NCBI GenBank assembly: GCA_964372485.1
Contig: CAYJQI010000001.1
Location: 523,714 to 587,713, forward strand
DNA: 64,000 bases
DNA from: an uncultured archaeon
GTDB taxonomy: Archaea; Aenigmatarchaeota; Aenigmatarchaeia; CG10238-14; SCSR01
Direction of reading: 5' to 3'
The notes beneath the pieces were generated by a model. The model ran no database searches. It saw only the letters and a list, made by a program, of their open reading frames with translations, and was not told the origin of the DNA. Shown here piece after piece: positions 26,064-34,516 of this stretch. The number at the start of each line of letters is the position of its first letter. Within the stretch, counting starts at the first letter, position 1. The position numbers and the translations under genes are program-made.

Positions 26064-26762
26064 TTAGCTTAGTAATCCAGAAATTATAACTATTGTACTT
26101 CCATTCGTGCTTATAGATGCTGATGGAGGAATTCTTAAACCAGGAGCCACTGTTCCATTTATATCCATACCAATTGTTACATTGTCAACTACACTCCCTC
26201 CAGTTATTTCAACTATATTGCTGCTGGTTATTTGTACATTCGAATTAATTCGTGATTCAACTCGAATTACAGGTGCCATCACATAATCCTCTTCTTGAGA
26301 AACGTATAATGACTCATCTAGAAGGAAATCTAATGCAACTGTTGAAGTTGAGTTGGCATATACAAAAACATCTCCTGTGATTTTCAATTCATTTGCTGGG
26401 AGTTTTGCTTGATGTGCATTTGTTGAATTATCAACTACAACAACTTGTAAAATATGTAATTTTATTTGCTCGTATTTTCCTTCAGTTAGATTAACATCTG
26501 CGAGTAATCTTTGTGTACCGTCTGTTTTGAGTGCTACAAGATCATAAGTTTTTGGAGTATCTAAAATATCAATCCATCCTTCTGTAGCATTATAAACTTC
26601 TATATCATCTACAGTAACTCTAACGCTTTGAATAGAACTAAGATTAGCTGCCTCATCAGAAATTGTGAAAACTATTCTACCACTTTTAAGAGGTGCACTT
26701 CCTGCTTCTATACATCCAGCTAAAAACACAATTGAAATTAATAAAAATAAAAGAGGTTTCAT
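26064..26762 (-). CDS. Secreted lipoprotein-like protein, DUF4382-like beta-rich domain
   Basis: 232 aa. Signal peptide with a lipobox-like FLAGC. Pattern ...VRVTVDDIEVY..EGWIDIL..PKTYDLVAL......L.EGKYEQIKLHI resembles DUF4382 as I recall it. Confidence 0.55.
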   Translation of the reverse strand: MKPLLFLLISIVFLAGCIEAGSAPLKSGRIVFTISDEAANLSSIQSVRVTVDDIEVYNATEGWIDILDTPKTYDLVALKTDGTQRLLADVNLTEGKYEQIKLHILQVVVVDNSTNAHQAKLPANELKITGDVFVYANSTSTVALDFLLDESLYVSQEEDYVMAPVIRVESRINSNVQITSSNIVEITGGSVVDNVTIGMDINGTVAPGLRIPPSASISTNGSTIVIISGLLS

Positions 26763-26975
26763 TTATCCACCTCTTTCGCTAATTTCAATTCTACATTCCT
26801 CACACAACCAGTTTGGACCTTCTTGACCAAGATGTTCGGAAAGATCTTCACAATTATCGCATTTTCCAAATGCAATTTGATAATTTCTTTTTTTGAATAC
26901 GGGTAAAATTTCAGGATCTAATAATTCAAATCCCGAACTCATTCTTCCCTTAAACATCATACTTTCCTTTCGCAT
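26763..26975 (-). CDS. Small zinc-ribbon protein (70 aa)
   Basis: CDNC ... CEEC knuckles. Abuts the downstream gene with 0-nt spacing. Confidence 0.4.
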   Translation of the reverse strand: MRKESMMFKGRMSSGFELLDPEILPVFKKRNYQIAFGKCDNCEDLSEHLGQEGPNWLCEECRIEISERGG

Positions 26976-27055
26976 TTACTCACCTCATATTTTATGACCG
27001 ATGTTTCTACCATGCGAGGATTATTTCTCCGCGCATTGTTCCCAAAATTGATTAA

Positions 27056-27193
27056 TTAATTTTCCATCGATTCATTGAAATTTTCAGAAAACCATTCTAA
27101 GGGCCTGTCTGGATTTATTATTAGAAGTTCAGTGCTGCAATTTCTGCAGTATCTTTCACTAGTTGCGTTAAATGTAACGCATTTGATGCACAT
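27056..27193 (-). CDS. Small zinc-ribbon protein (45 aa)
   Basis: Hand-translated: MCIKCVTFNATSERYCRNCSTELLIINPDRPLEWFSENFNESMEN (CxxC-x12-CxxC). Below the track cut-off. Confidence 0.3.
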   Translation of the reverse strand: MCIKCVTFNATSERYCRNCSTELLIINPDRPLEWFSENFNESMEN

Positions 27194-27510
27194 AATGCTT
27201 AGATTACTTTTCATAAAATCCCTCTATAAATAGAAGTTGGAGAACATATGATTTTGGGAATCTTCCAAGGGGTAGTTCTCCAACTCCGAAAGATCGGCCA
27301 AAAGGAATATTTTTTGAATTGATTATTTTAGAATTTGACAGTACACCTTGTTTAGAATATTTGTTCGCATTGAAGGAATTTGAAATATTTTCTTGAACTT
27401 TAGTTGAACTCATGTTATCATCCTAATTTATAACAGCTTGTACAGGAGACTATAACTATATTTGTTGTTAAATTCTTTACAACACTTTTATACTTATAGG
27501 ACAATATTTA

Positions 27511-28239
27511 ATGATGGAAATATCAGAAATGCAAACCAGTTTAGAATCAATCGGTTTATCTGCAAATGAGGCAGCCATTTACTTGGCTCTGGCAAAACAA
27601 GGTTCGAGTAAAGCCGGAAAAATAAGTAAATTTACTCAACTCAATCGAACAACTGTTTATGATGTTCTCAAATCTCTACTAGATAAAGGATTTGTAAGCT
27701 ATATTGTAAAAGGCAAAGTAAAATATTTTGAGGCTGTTAACCCCAAACAGTTTAAGGAACTCCTTAATCAAATGCACGATGAGATAAATAAGATACTTCC
27801 TTCACTTGTAAAGATTTACAAAGAACCTGAAACAAAACATAACGTGACCTTATATTCTGGTGTTAGAGGAATACGATCAATTTTTGAAAATATACTTAGA
27901 GAAGCTAAAATTAATTACGTCCTAGATTCAGAAGGTCAGTTCGAAAATAAAATGCCATATTATGCGCAATATTTTATTAAAGGATTGGAAAAGAAAAAGG
28001 TCCAGATAAAACACATCGTACGAGAAGGGAGAAAAATAACACCATCTAAAACAACTGAGGTCAGATATATTAAAAAAGAAATTGCATCAGAAGCCACGTA
28101 CAATATATACAATGATAAAATTGCTATTTTAATTTGGTCTGATCCACCAGAAGGTATTCTAATTCAAAATAAAGATGCTGCCAATTCTTTAAAAGAATAC
28201 TTTGAAATATTGTGGAGTATTGCGAAGGTCAAGGTGTAG
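27511..28239 (+). CDS. TrmB-family transcriptional regulator
   Basis: 242 aa. The N-terminal winged HTH LGLSANEAAIYLALAKQGSSKAGKISKFTQLNRTTVYDVLKSLLDKGFVSYI is typical of TrmB. Confidence 0.8.
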   Translation: MMEISEMQTSLESIGLSANEAAIYLALAKQGSSKAGKISKFTQLNRTTVYDVLKSLLDKGFVSYIVKGKVKYFEAVNPKQFKELLNQMHDEINKILPSLVKIYKEPETKHNVTLYSGVRGIRSIFENILREAKINYVLDSEGQFENKMPYYAQYFIKGLEKKKVQIKHIVREGRKITPSKTTEVRYIKKEIASEATYNIYNDKIAILIWSDPPEGILIQNKDAANSLKEYFEILWSIAKVKV

Positions 28240-28273
28240 AAAGAATAAGTATTTTAAATAGATTTAATATTAC

Positions 28274-30490
28274 ATGCTACTAAAAGAACATCCTAACCTA
28301 GCTTTCATAGCCCCGGTAGCTAAAGATATAATACAGGATGCATGTACGCTAGGAGGATGCGGATTAATTCAAGCAGCTACTTTTGAAGCATTATGTAATA
28401 CATACGGACAACCTAAAAAAGCTTATCTCGTAACTTCTTTGGGATCAGATGCTAGACAAACTTCTGTAACTTACCAGGGAACTCGTATAACAGACATATC
28501 AGCATTATTAGAGTCGTTTAGACACATACGACCAATCATTCACTATTCTCCAGAAGAAACAACATCTTTTAGAGTTAAGAAAACGAGGGGTGAGATGGAA
28601 TATGAACCTGTTGGTAGATCTATACATGATTTAGAAAATCCTGCTAATGTAGATTCACTCCTTAAACGATTATACAGTGAAGGATTTCCAGGAATAATAA
28701 TTATTTCAGGCATTCCACCCAGAGCTGCTGATTTATTTATTGAGAAGGTTCAGAATTTTCGAGATCCTCCTCCCTATATTATGATTGACCCTGGTAAAAA
28801 TACAATTAGAGAATTTCGACAACAAAAAGGTCCTGACCTTTATCCAAATCTTTGGAAAGTAGATTTAGTAAGAGTCAATGATGATGAAAAGAGACTTTTA
28901 TTCAATAACTATGGAGAACCAGAAGAGTGGATGAATCAGTATCGCGTTAACACAGTAGTTGCAACACGAAGAGACGGTGTTTCTATTTTTAACAGGGAAC
29001 GTTCCATTTCAAATAAAGGATTAACTGAGATATTTAGAGAAATTATTCGTAATAATCAACATCCGGTAAGAGAAGATACTCTCGGAGTGGGAGATGTTTT
29101 AATGGGAGCTGTGGGTTGGCGATGCAGTTCCGAAACAGATATAAAATTTCCGATTATTCGTGATGCTTTTAAAAAAGGTGTAGCTGTTGCTCATAACTTT
29201 ATGACACAAAAAGATGGTAGACGAGGATTCACATCTTTTACTCCCAATCTAAATGAGATTGAAGAATCTCCCATTACTGTTAAACGTATATCAATTGAAC
29301 CAGGTTTATTATCTTCTGATATGCGACTATCACACTGGGGATCTAGAGAATTAACTAGACTTTATAGCATTCGTCAATGGAGTCCGCCCCATACTATTTT
29401 TAGAGCGATCAACGGAGCAAATGTAGATTATACGAGGGGGCATCATACTTTAGATGCAATAGAATTATTTTTCCCTACTTATAAGAAAACCCCAACAACG
29501 GAAATGCAATATGTAGTAATGGGTATACTTATTCACGATGCGCCGACCTCAGGTGGTAACCCACATGCAGATATTGATATCGATCCAAGAGAAATTCTTC
29601 GTGATAAAACATTAGGACAAGGGGAATTTGTAAATTCTGGAATACCAGAATATCTCAAGCATCATGGTCTTTCACCGACGGAAATGGTTACTCATATGGA
29701 AGATAATACCTATATCGCCAAAATCATTCAGGCATTTGAAAATCTAAGTCATATACTTGCAGATTCACTAAAACCACTTTCGAAAGAAGATATATTAAAA
29801 TTGGCTGAAAGTATCCGATTAAATAAAGATGGTAGCATTTCTATCCCTTACAACGTGAGATTGGGTGGAGAAAATGCATACAAATATTTGGAACGAAATA
29901 GTCAAAATGTTTTAAATGCATATCATGAACAAAATTGGAAAGCAGTTTTCTATCGAAGTATTCTTATGCAATTGCAAGAAAGAACACTGAGAGAACAAAA
30001 TATTCCGCGAGCATATCTTTACCAAATTGGTAATCTTGAATATGTAGCTATGTTATCAAGGGGTGATTTATCTCGTGTTGAAAGAGATGCATTGTGGGTA
30101 TTTGAAAATGGTGCATTACCATCCGATGAATCACAATTACCAGATCTTGTATTTTATGACATACATCGTATAGATTCTGAAATTGACGAACCTAGTGAAG
30201 CGTATATAAGATTTAAAGAAGGAACAGATACCTTTTTCAAAAATCCTCGTGCTAAAATGCCAGAAGAAGATATTGAATTAGTTCCTGTTCCCCTTCGTCT
30301 TAAAGGAGAAAATATACGAGTAGGGAAAAAAGTATTCAATCCTGTTGAAGAATTATCGTTAGGTATTTGTATTAAACAGGGAAGTAAATTAACAAGAGAT
30401 GAAGCCCTCACAATATTATCGCGTGACATTCATTTTGGACCTCACCTTGAATTAATTGAGAAAAGAAAACGCGACGGTTCAAATATTTAA
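28274..30490 (+). CDS. Fusion protein: PfkB/ribokinase-like kinase domain + HD phosphohydrolase domain (dGTPase/SAMHD1-like motif) + ~280-aa unknown C-terminal region
   Basis: 738 aa. PfkB-like motifs are GGCGLIQAA near the N-terminus and DTLGVGDVLMGAVG (nt ~29075-29116). HD pattern is RGHHTLDAIE (29441-) plus GILIHDAPTSGGNPHAD (29534-). Confidence 0.6.
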   Translation: MLLKEHPNLAFIAPVAKDIIQDACTLGGCGLIQAATFEALCNTYGQPKKAYLVTSLGSDARQTSVTYQGTRITDISALLESFRHIRPIIHYSPEETTSFRVKKTRGEMEYEPVGRSIHDLENPANVDSLLKRLYSEGFPGIIIISGIPPRAADLFIEKVQNFRDPPPYIMIDPGKNTIREFRQQKGPDLYPNLWKVDLVRVNDDEKRLLFNNYGEPEEWMNQYRVNTVVATRRDGVSIFNRERSISNKGLTEIFREIIRNNQHPVREDTLGVGDVLMGAVGWRCSSETDIKFPIIRDAFKKGVAVAHNFMTQKDGRRGFTSFTPNLNEIEESPITVKRISIEPGLLSSDMRLSHWGSRELTRLYSIRQWSPPHTIFRAINGANVDYTRGHHTLDAIELFFPTYKKTPTTEMQYVVMGILIHDAPTSGGNPHADIDIDPREILRDKTLGQGEFVNSGIPEYLKHHGLSPTEMVTHMEDNTYIAKIIQAFENLSHILADSLKPLSKEDILKLAESIRLNKDGSISIPYNVRLGGENAYKYLERNSQNVLNAYHEQNWKAVFYRSILMQLQERTLREQNIPRAYLYQIGNLEYVAMLSRGDLSRVERDALWVFENGALPSDESQLPDLVFYDIHRIDSEIDEPSEAYIRFKEGTDTFFKNPRAKMPEEDIELVPVPLRLKGENIRVGKKVFNPVEELSLGICIKQGSKLTRDEALTILSRDIHFGPHLELIEKRKRDGSNI

Positions 30491-30522
30491 ATTCATCTCC
30501 ACAAATAATAGAATAGATTATC

Positions 30523-30861
30523 ATGCCAGTTACCGTTAAAGATGTTTCTGAAATGTTTGCCAAAGATGTTTTCACTAACAAAGGTTTCTATTGTGGCAAG
30601 ATAAGCGATATGGAATTTGATTTGTCAAGATACAAGGTCAAGTCAATTGTTGTTGAGGCTGCAAGAGGTTCATTATTGGGAAAGATTGTTGCAGGAAAGA
30701 AAGGAGTTGTAGTTCCTTATAACATGGTTCAATCAGTTGGTGATGTTGTAATAATCAAACACATAAGCGAATCAGCATTGCCTGACATGGATATTCCTGA
30801 GGAGCCAGCAATGGAACCAGAAATGCCAGCTGCATCACCTAGATTCTCAAGAATGCGCTAA
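30523..30861 (+). CDS. PRC-barrel domain protein
   Basis: 112 aa: VFTNKGFYCGKISDMEFDLSRYKVKSIVVE ... VVPYNMVQSVGDVVIIK is the archaeal PRC-barrel pattern. Acidic/Pro-rich tail. Confidence 0.7.
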   Translation: MPVTVKDVSEMFAKDVFTNKGFYCGKISDMEFDLSRYKVKSIVVEAARGSLLGKIVAGKKGVVVPYNMVQSVGDVVIIKHISESALPDMDIPEEPAMEPEMPAASPRFSRMR

Positions 30862-31644
30862 AACATTAGATTCTCTTACTGTTCTTTTGTAGAAACTATC
30901 ATCATAAGGTCTATCGCTTAAAGAAGCTGCTCTTTTCATAAGTTCATGTCCTAAGGTTGTTGCATTATGTTCTCGAGAATCAATTGCATCACCAAAACTC
31001 ACCACCATCAATCTACATACTTCAGGTATGGTGTAACCTTTTAAATAACCTACTTCTCCATCATTACATCCTATCCAGTTTGGTAAGCAGTTTATTTTTA
31101 TCCCAACTGGTTGACATCTAACACCTTCCCCACTCCATTTTTCATATTCTTTTGCATAAGTGAAGATTGATTCATCCCATTTGGTTACAGGTATTTCACT
31201 AGGTTTTATTATTCCTCCTTTCGCTTTCGTCCATATTTTTCTAGGCATATCCCCTTCTGGAAAATTCAAAGCAATTAAATTTCGATACCATGTTTCAAAT
31301 AATCTATCACGAAAATACGATGAGTTAAAATCTTCACCAAAAATAGAGGCCACTATATGTGTAAATTCTTTTCCTCCTCTCATGTGGCGTGAAGGAGTGT
31401 ATACAGATACAAGTCTTGTAGAAGATTTCTCTCTAACAGCTAGACCAACTGCAATAGGATCTGTGGCCCAAATATGTGCACCGACCATAATACCTGGTCC
31501 ATTTTGTAATGGAGTTCCATTAACTTGCAGCTGATATCCATAGTCATTGCTAAACACAGAACCAACGAACGGTATTAATGCTCTATAGGTTAATGGTCGA
31601 TGATCTACCAATCTTCGTAACAAATAATTCATTCTAGAATACAT
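30847..31644 (-). CDS. PlsC/LPLAT-like acyltransferase candidate
   Basis: H-x4-D (GAHIWATDP) and FPEG (LNFPEGDMPRK) lie 71 residues apart, the spacing of acyltransferase motifs I and III. The start at Met 31644 lies 2 nt after the upstream stop; the track start 31680 would overlap. Confidence 0.45.
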   Translation of the reverse strand: MYSRMNYLLRRLVDHRPLTYRALIPFVGSVFSNDYGYQLQVNGTPLQNGPGIMVGAHIWATDPIAVGLAVREKSSTRLVSVYTPSRHMRGGKEFTHIVASIFGEDFNSSYFRDRLFETWYRNLIALNFPEGDMPRKIWTKAKGGIIKPSEIPVTKWDESIFTYAKEYEKWSGEGVRCQPVGIKINCLPNWIGCNDGEVGYLKGYTIPEVCRLMVVSFGDAIDSREHNATTLGHELMKRAASLSDRPYDDSFYKRTVRESNVLAHS

Positions 31645-31646
31645 TG

Positions 31647-32813
31647 TCACTGGTTTCTGGACTTTAAAGTTTCTTCGCATGTTGTCTCAAACTCTTCTTC
31701 TGGAATCTTTCGACATTTATCTATTAATTCCTGTTCGTTACGCGACCAAACACTTACCTGAAAAGCCATTTCTTTGTAACAAATCTCCTTGTCTTGCACA
31801 TCTACTATGGAACAGAATTCTATCACCATTGATTCATTTCCACCATATCTTCCACTCAATCCACTAACAACACCCTGCACACAGCGTTTTCTCATTTCCA
31901 ATTCCTCGATCAAATAACAATCCTCCTTCATTACTGTAAAGTTTTGTGTATATCCAACCTGGTTCGATCCTACGATCATAAAGCAGCCATTACGATATAA
32001 CTCGGGTACTTGGTTGCACAAGTCTATTGTTTTCTCCCAGTCATAGCGCGTGATGATTGAGAAATATGAACTCTGGTAGGTGTAGCATAACTTCAGATAT
32101 CTCTCTTCAAGAATGTTACATGGATACATTGGATCGTCTGGATTTACAAACTTTCCTGGATGGTCTCTGCTTGTGGAACTGGAGGAACTTTCCATGAAAA
32201 CACCACTGTAACATCCTTCCCTATCTTTAATCGAGTTTAATCCATCGCAAAGTTTCAAAGAGTATGGCAAATCCCCATTGGTTATGAACATCATCGCATG
32301 CCCGATTCCATGAACACATTCATCATAAATTCTTTGATAGGAATGTTCCTGTGGAGTTTCGCAAACATCTCTAACTTCATTTAATATAACTGAATCATCT
32401 GAGTACAGCGGTATACCTTTCTTCATGAAATGGCTTTCAAGAGCACCATGATAACATCCTCCATGACATGCTTCGGTGCATTCGGCATACACATCCGGAA
32501 TATTTCCAACTTTTTCATATTCATTCCTGCTAAGATAATGTGTGACTTCATGGCAATGTGAAAAGATTTCTGTCAACTTCTCGTTCTTTTGGAATGTATC
32601 CAGTATTTCTCTTAATGAAAATCGTGCTGTGAAATCATCCGAGATTTTGCTGTAACAAGACGAGCTGTAATTTTGATTGTAGGTGCAGTCTGCCATTTTT
32701 GATAGGATGTAACTCTCGGCATTAACATCTTCTCTTTCTGGTAATATGAATACAAGTGCTACCAATCCGATCAGAATAAGTAAAATTTTGTAATTGCCGA
32801 CAGAATTTTTCAT
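31647..32813 (-). CDS. Secreted Cys/His-rich protein, single-module paralogue of 13137-15554
   Basis: From internal Met MKNSVGNYKILLILIGLVALVFIL (signal/anchor). Motifs: HEVTH (32538-32552), CHGGCYHGALE, CVHGIGHAMMF, GCYSGVFMES, LCNQVPELYRNGC. Confidence 0.7.
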   Translation of the reverse strand: MKNSVGNYKILLILIGLVALVFILPEREDVNAESYILSKMADCTYNQNYSSSCYSKISDDFTARFSLREILDTFQKNEKLTEIFSHCHEVTHYLSRNEYEKVGNIPDVYAECTEACHGGCYHGALESHFMKKGIPLYSDDSVILNEVRDVCETPQEHSYQRIYDECVHGIGHAMMFITNGDLPYSLKLCDGLNSIKDREGCYSGVFMESSSSSTSRDHPGKFVNPDDPMYPCNILEERYLKLCYTYQSSYFSIITRYDWEKTIDLCNQVPELYRNGCFMIVGSNQVGYTQNFTVMKEDCYLIEELEMRKRCVQGVVSGLSGRYGGNESMVIEFCSIVDVQDKEICYKEMAFQVSVWSRNEQELIDKCRKIPEEEFETTCEETLKSRNQ

Positions 32814-33047
32814 AAATATTATTATTAATCGTAAGTTTATTGTTGATACACAGAAAACCGTAGGTAAGAATAAGAAAAAATCCAAAAATTTTGGAAAAAA
32901 TAAAAAGAAGTTAGCCTTCATCGAATGAATCCAGCTCTTCTACTTCCACTTCTTCAAGTGGATCCCATATGTCTTCGTCCATTTTGTTTTTCGCCTCTTT
33001 TAATTTTTAAGTGAGTAAGGAAGGGTGGAAAAAAATTCCCTTCAAAT

Positions 33048-34199
33048 TCACCTAATTACGTCAATGCCTAATGTCTGGCTGATTTCTCTAACTACTGGTG
33101 CTTCTCTGCTTACTGGCCCTAGTATGTATGGTGAACGTACGCCTGTTATGATGGCTATTACCTGAACTTTTCCTTCGAATTCTGGCAATACTCTAGCTCC
33201 CCAGAAGACTTGTGCTTGTGGGTCTAGGTGTTCTGATACAGTTTCACCTATCATGTTTACTTCGTCCAATCTTAGGTCTGGACCGCCTGTAATGTGTACT
33301 AATGCTCCTGATGCTCCTGTGTAATCCACTTCTAACAATGGATTCATCAAAGCTTTTGTGATTGCGTCTTCAGCTCTGTTGCTTGAATTGCTTTCACCTA
33401 CTCCTATTGCTGCAACACCTCCTGAGTGCATGCATGATTTAACGTCAGCGTAATCTAGATTGACTAGACTTGGAAGTGTTATCGTTTCTGTAATTCCTTT
33501 TACCATGCTTGCTATCAACTCGTCTGCAACTGCAAACGCTTGTTGAATTGACATGTTTCCTGCGAATTTGAGTAATTTGTCATTTTCTATCACAATTGCT
33601 GTGTCGCACACCTGTCTTAGAGATGCCAATGCTTCCTCGGCTTTACCGATTCTTGCACCTTCTAGCTTGAAAGGCATTGTAACTACGGCAATTACGATTG
33701 CTCCCATTGATTTAGCAATTTCACAAGCTACTGGTACTGATCCGGATCCTGTTCCTTTTCCTAGACCTGCAACTGCAAATACTAGGTCAGATCCTTCTAA
33801 TACTTCTTTGACTTCGTTTCTTGATTCTTCTGTAGCTTTCTTACCAACTTCTGGAATTCCTCCAGCTCCTAATCCTTTAGTCAATTCTCTTCCTATGAGA
33901 ATTTTCTTATCAGCTTTTCCTACTGCCAAGTGTTTGGCATCTGTATTTATTGAAATAGTTTGTGCACCTTCGACTCCCATTTCTGTTAGTCGAGTTACTG
34001 CATTTTGTCCTGCTCCTCCGCAACCAATAACGGTTACCTTGGCTTTCTTTACAGAGAAACCGAATTCTTGTTCGGCTAATTTGTAATAGTCAACATTGCT
34101 GAATGTCGCACCAGATGATGACTCTAATCTGAATCTGTGCTGCAAGGATTCGCCCTCAGCGCCAGATTTTCCCATCGCATTTTTAACAATCGATTCCAT
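33048..34199 (-). CDS. ftsZ: Cell division GTPase FtsZ (variant tubulin signature GKGTGSG)
   Basis: VTVIGCGGAGQNAV, GLGKGTGSGSVPV (33738-33767) and a typical FtsZ C-domain. The start is taken at MESIV, preceded by ATAGGAGGAC; the track TTG start is 8 codons upstream. Confidence 0.9.
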   Translation of the reverse strand: MESIVKNAMGKSGAEGESLQHRFRLESSSGATFSNVDYYKLAEQEFGFSVKKAKVTVIGCGGAGQNAVTRLTEMGVEGAQTISINTDAKHLAVGKADKKILIGRELTKGLGAGGIPEVGKKATEESRNEVKEVLEGSDLVFAVAGLGKGTGSGSVPVACEIAKSMGAIVIAVVTMPFKLEGARIGKAEEALASLRQVCDTAIVIENDKLLKFAGNMSIQQAFAVADELIASMVKGITETITLPSLVNLDYADVKSCMHSGGVAAIGVGESNSSNRAEDAITKALMNPLLEVDYTGASGALVHITGGPDLRLDEVNMIGETVSEHLDPQAQVFWGARVLPEFEGKVQVIAIITGVRSPYILGPVSREAPVVREISQTLGIDVIR

Positions 34200-34498
34200 T
34201 TTTTGTCCTCCTATCTTTTGCAAAATATATTTTGCTTCATCGAAAATCCTTTTTTAAAGGATATCCAATTTACTTTTACCAAAACGAGATTTAGATTATA
34301 ACTTGTGACCAAACAAGATACACGAAAGTTACTTTACCAGAGTAACTTTACGAACCAAACGAGTTATAAGTGTAAAAATTTATTTCATTCCTACTTTTAA
34401 ATACTTTGACAAAATTTATTATATATATTCTACTATACATTACACGAAAAATAAAATTGTGTTTTCATTTTTTTGAATGCACAACAGGTTGTACCAAA

Positions 34499-34516
34499 AT
34501 GTCCTACGTAGGACAT
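34499..34516 (-). terminator. Perfect 18-nt palindrome immediately after the Gfo/Idh/MocA stop codon (candidate terminator hairpin)
   Basis: ATGTCCTACGTAGGACAT at 34499-34516, adjacent to the stop at 34517-34519 and followed on the minus strand by TTTTGG. Confidence 0.35.

Noticed and set aside
27204-27413. 69-aa minus-strand ORF, and the 35712-35933 / 35724-35999 ORFs inside the inserted cassette
   Set aside because: No motifs were found, the two cassette ORFs conflict with each other, and the composition is poor. I leave them uncalled.
33553-34086. 177-aa plus-strand ORF
   Set aside because: It is antisense to ftsZ, whose identity is unambiguous.
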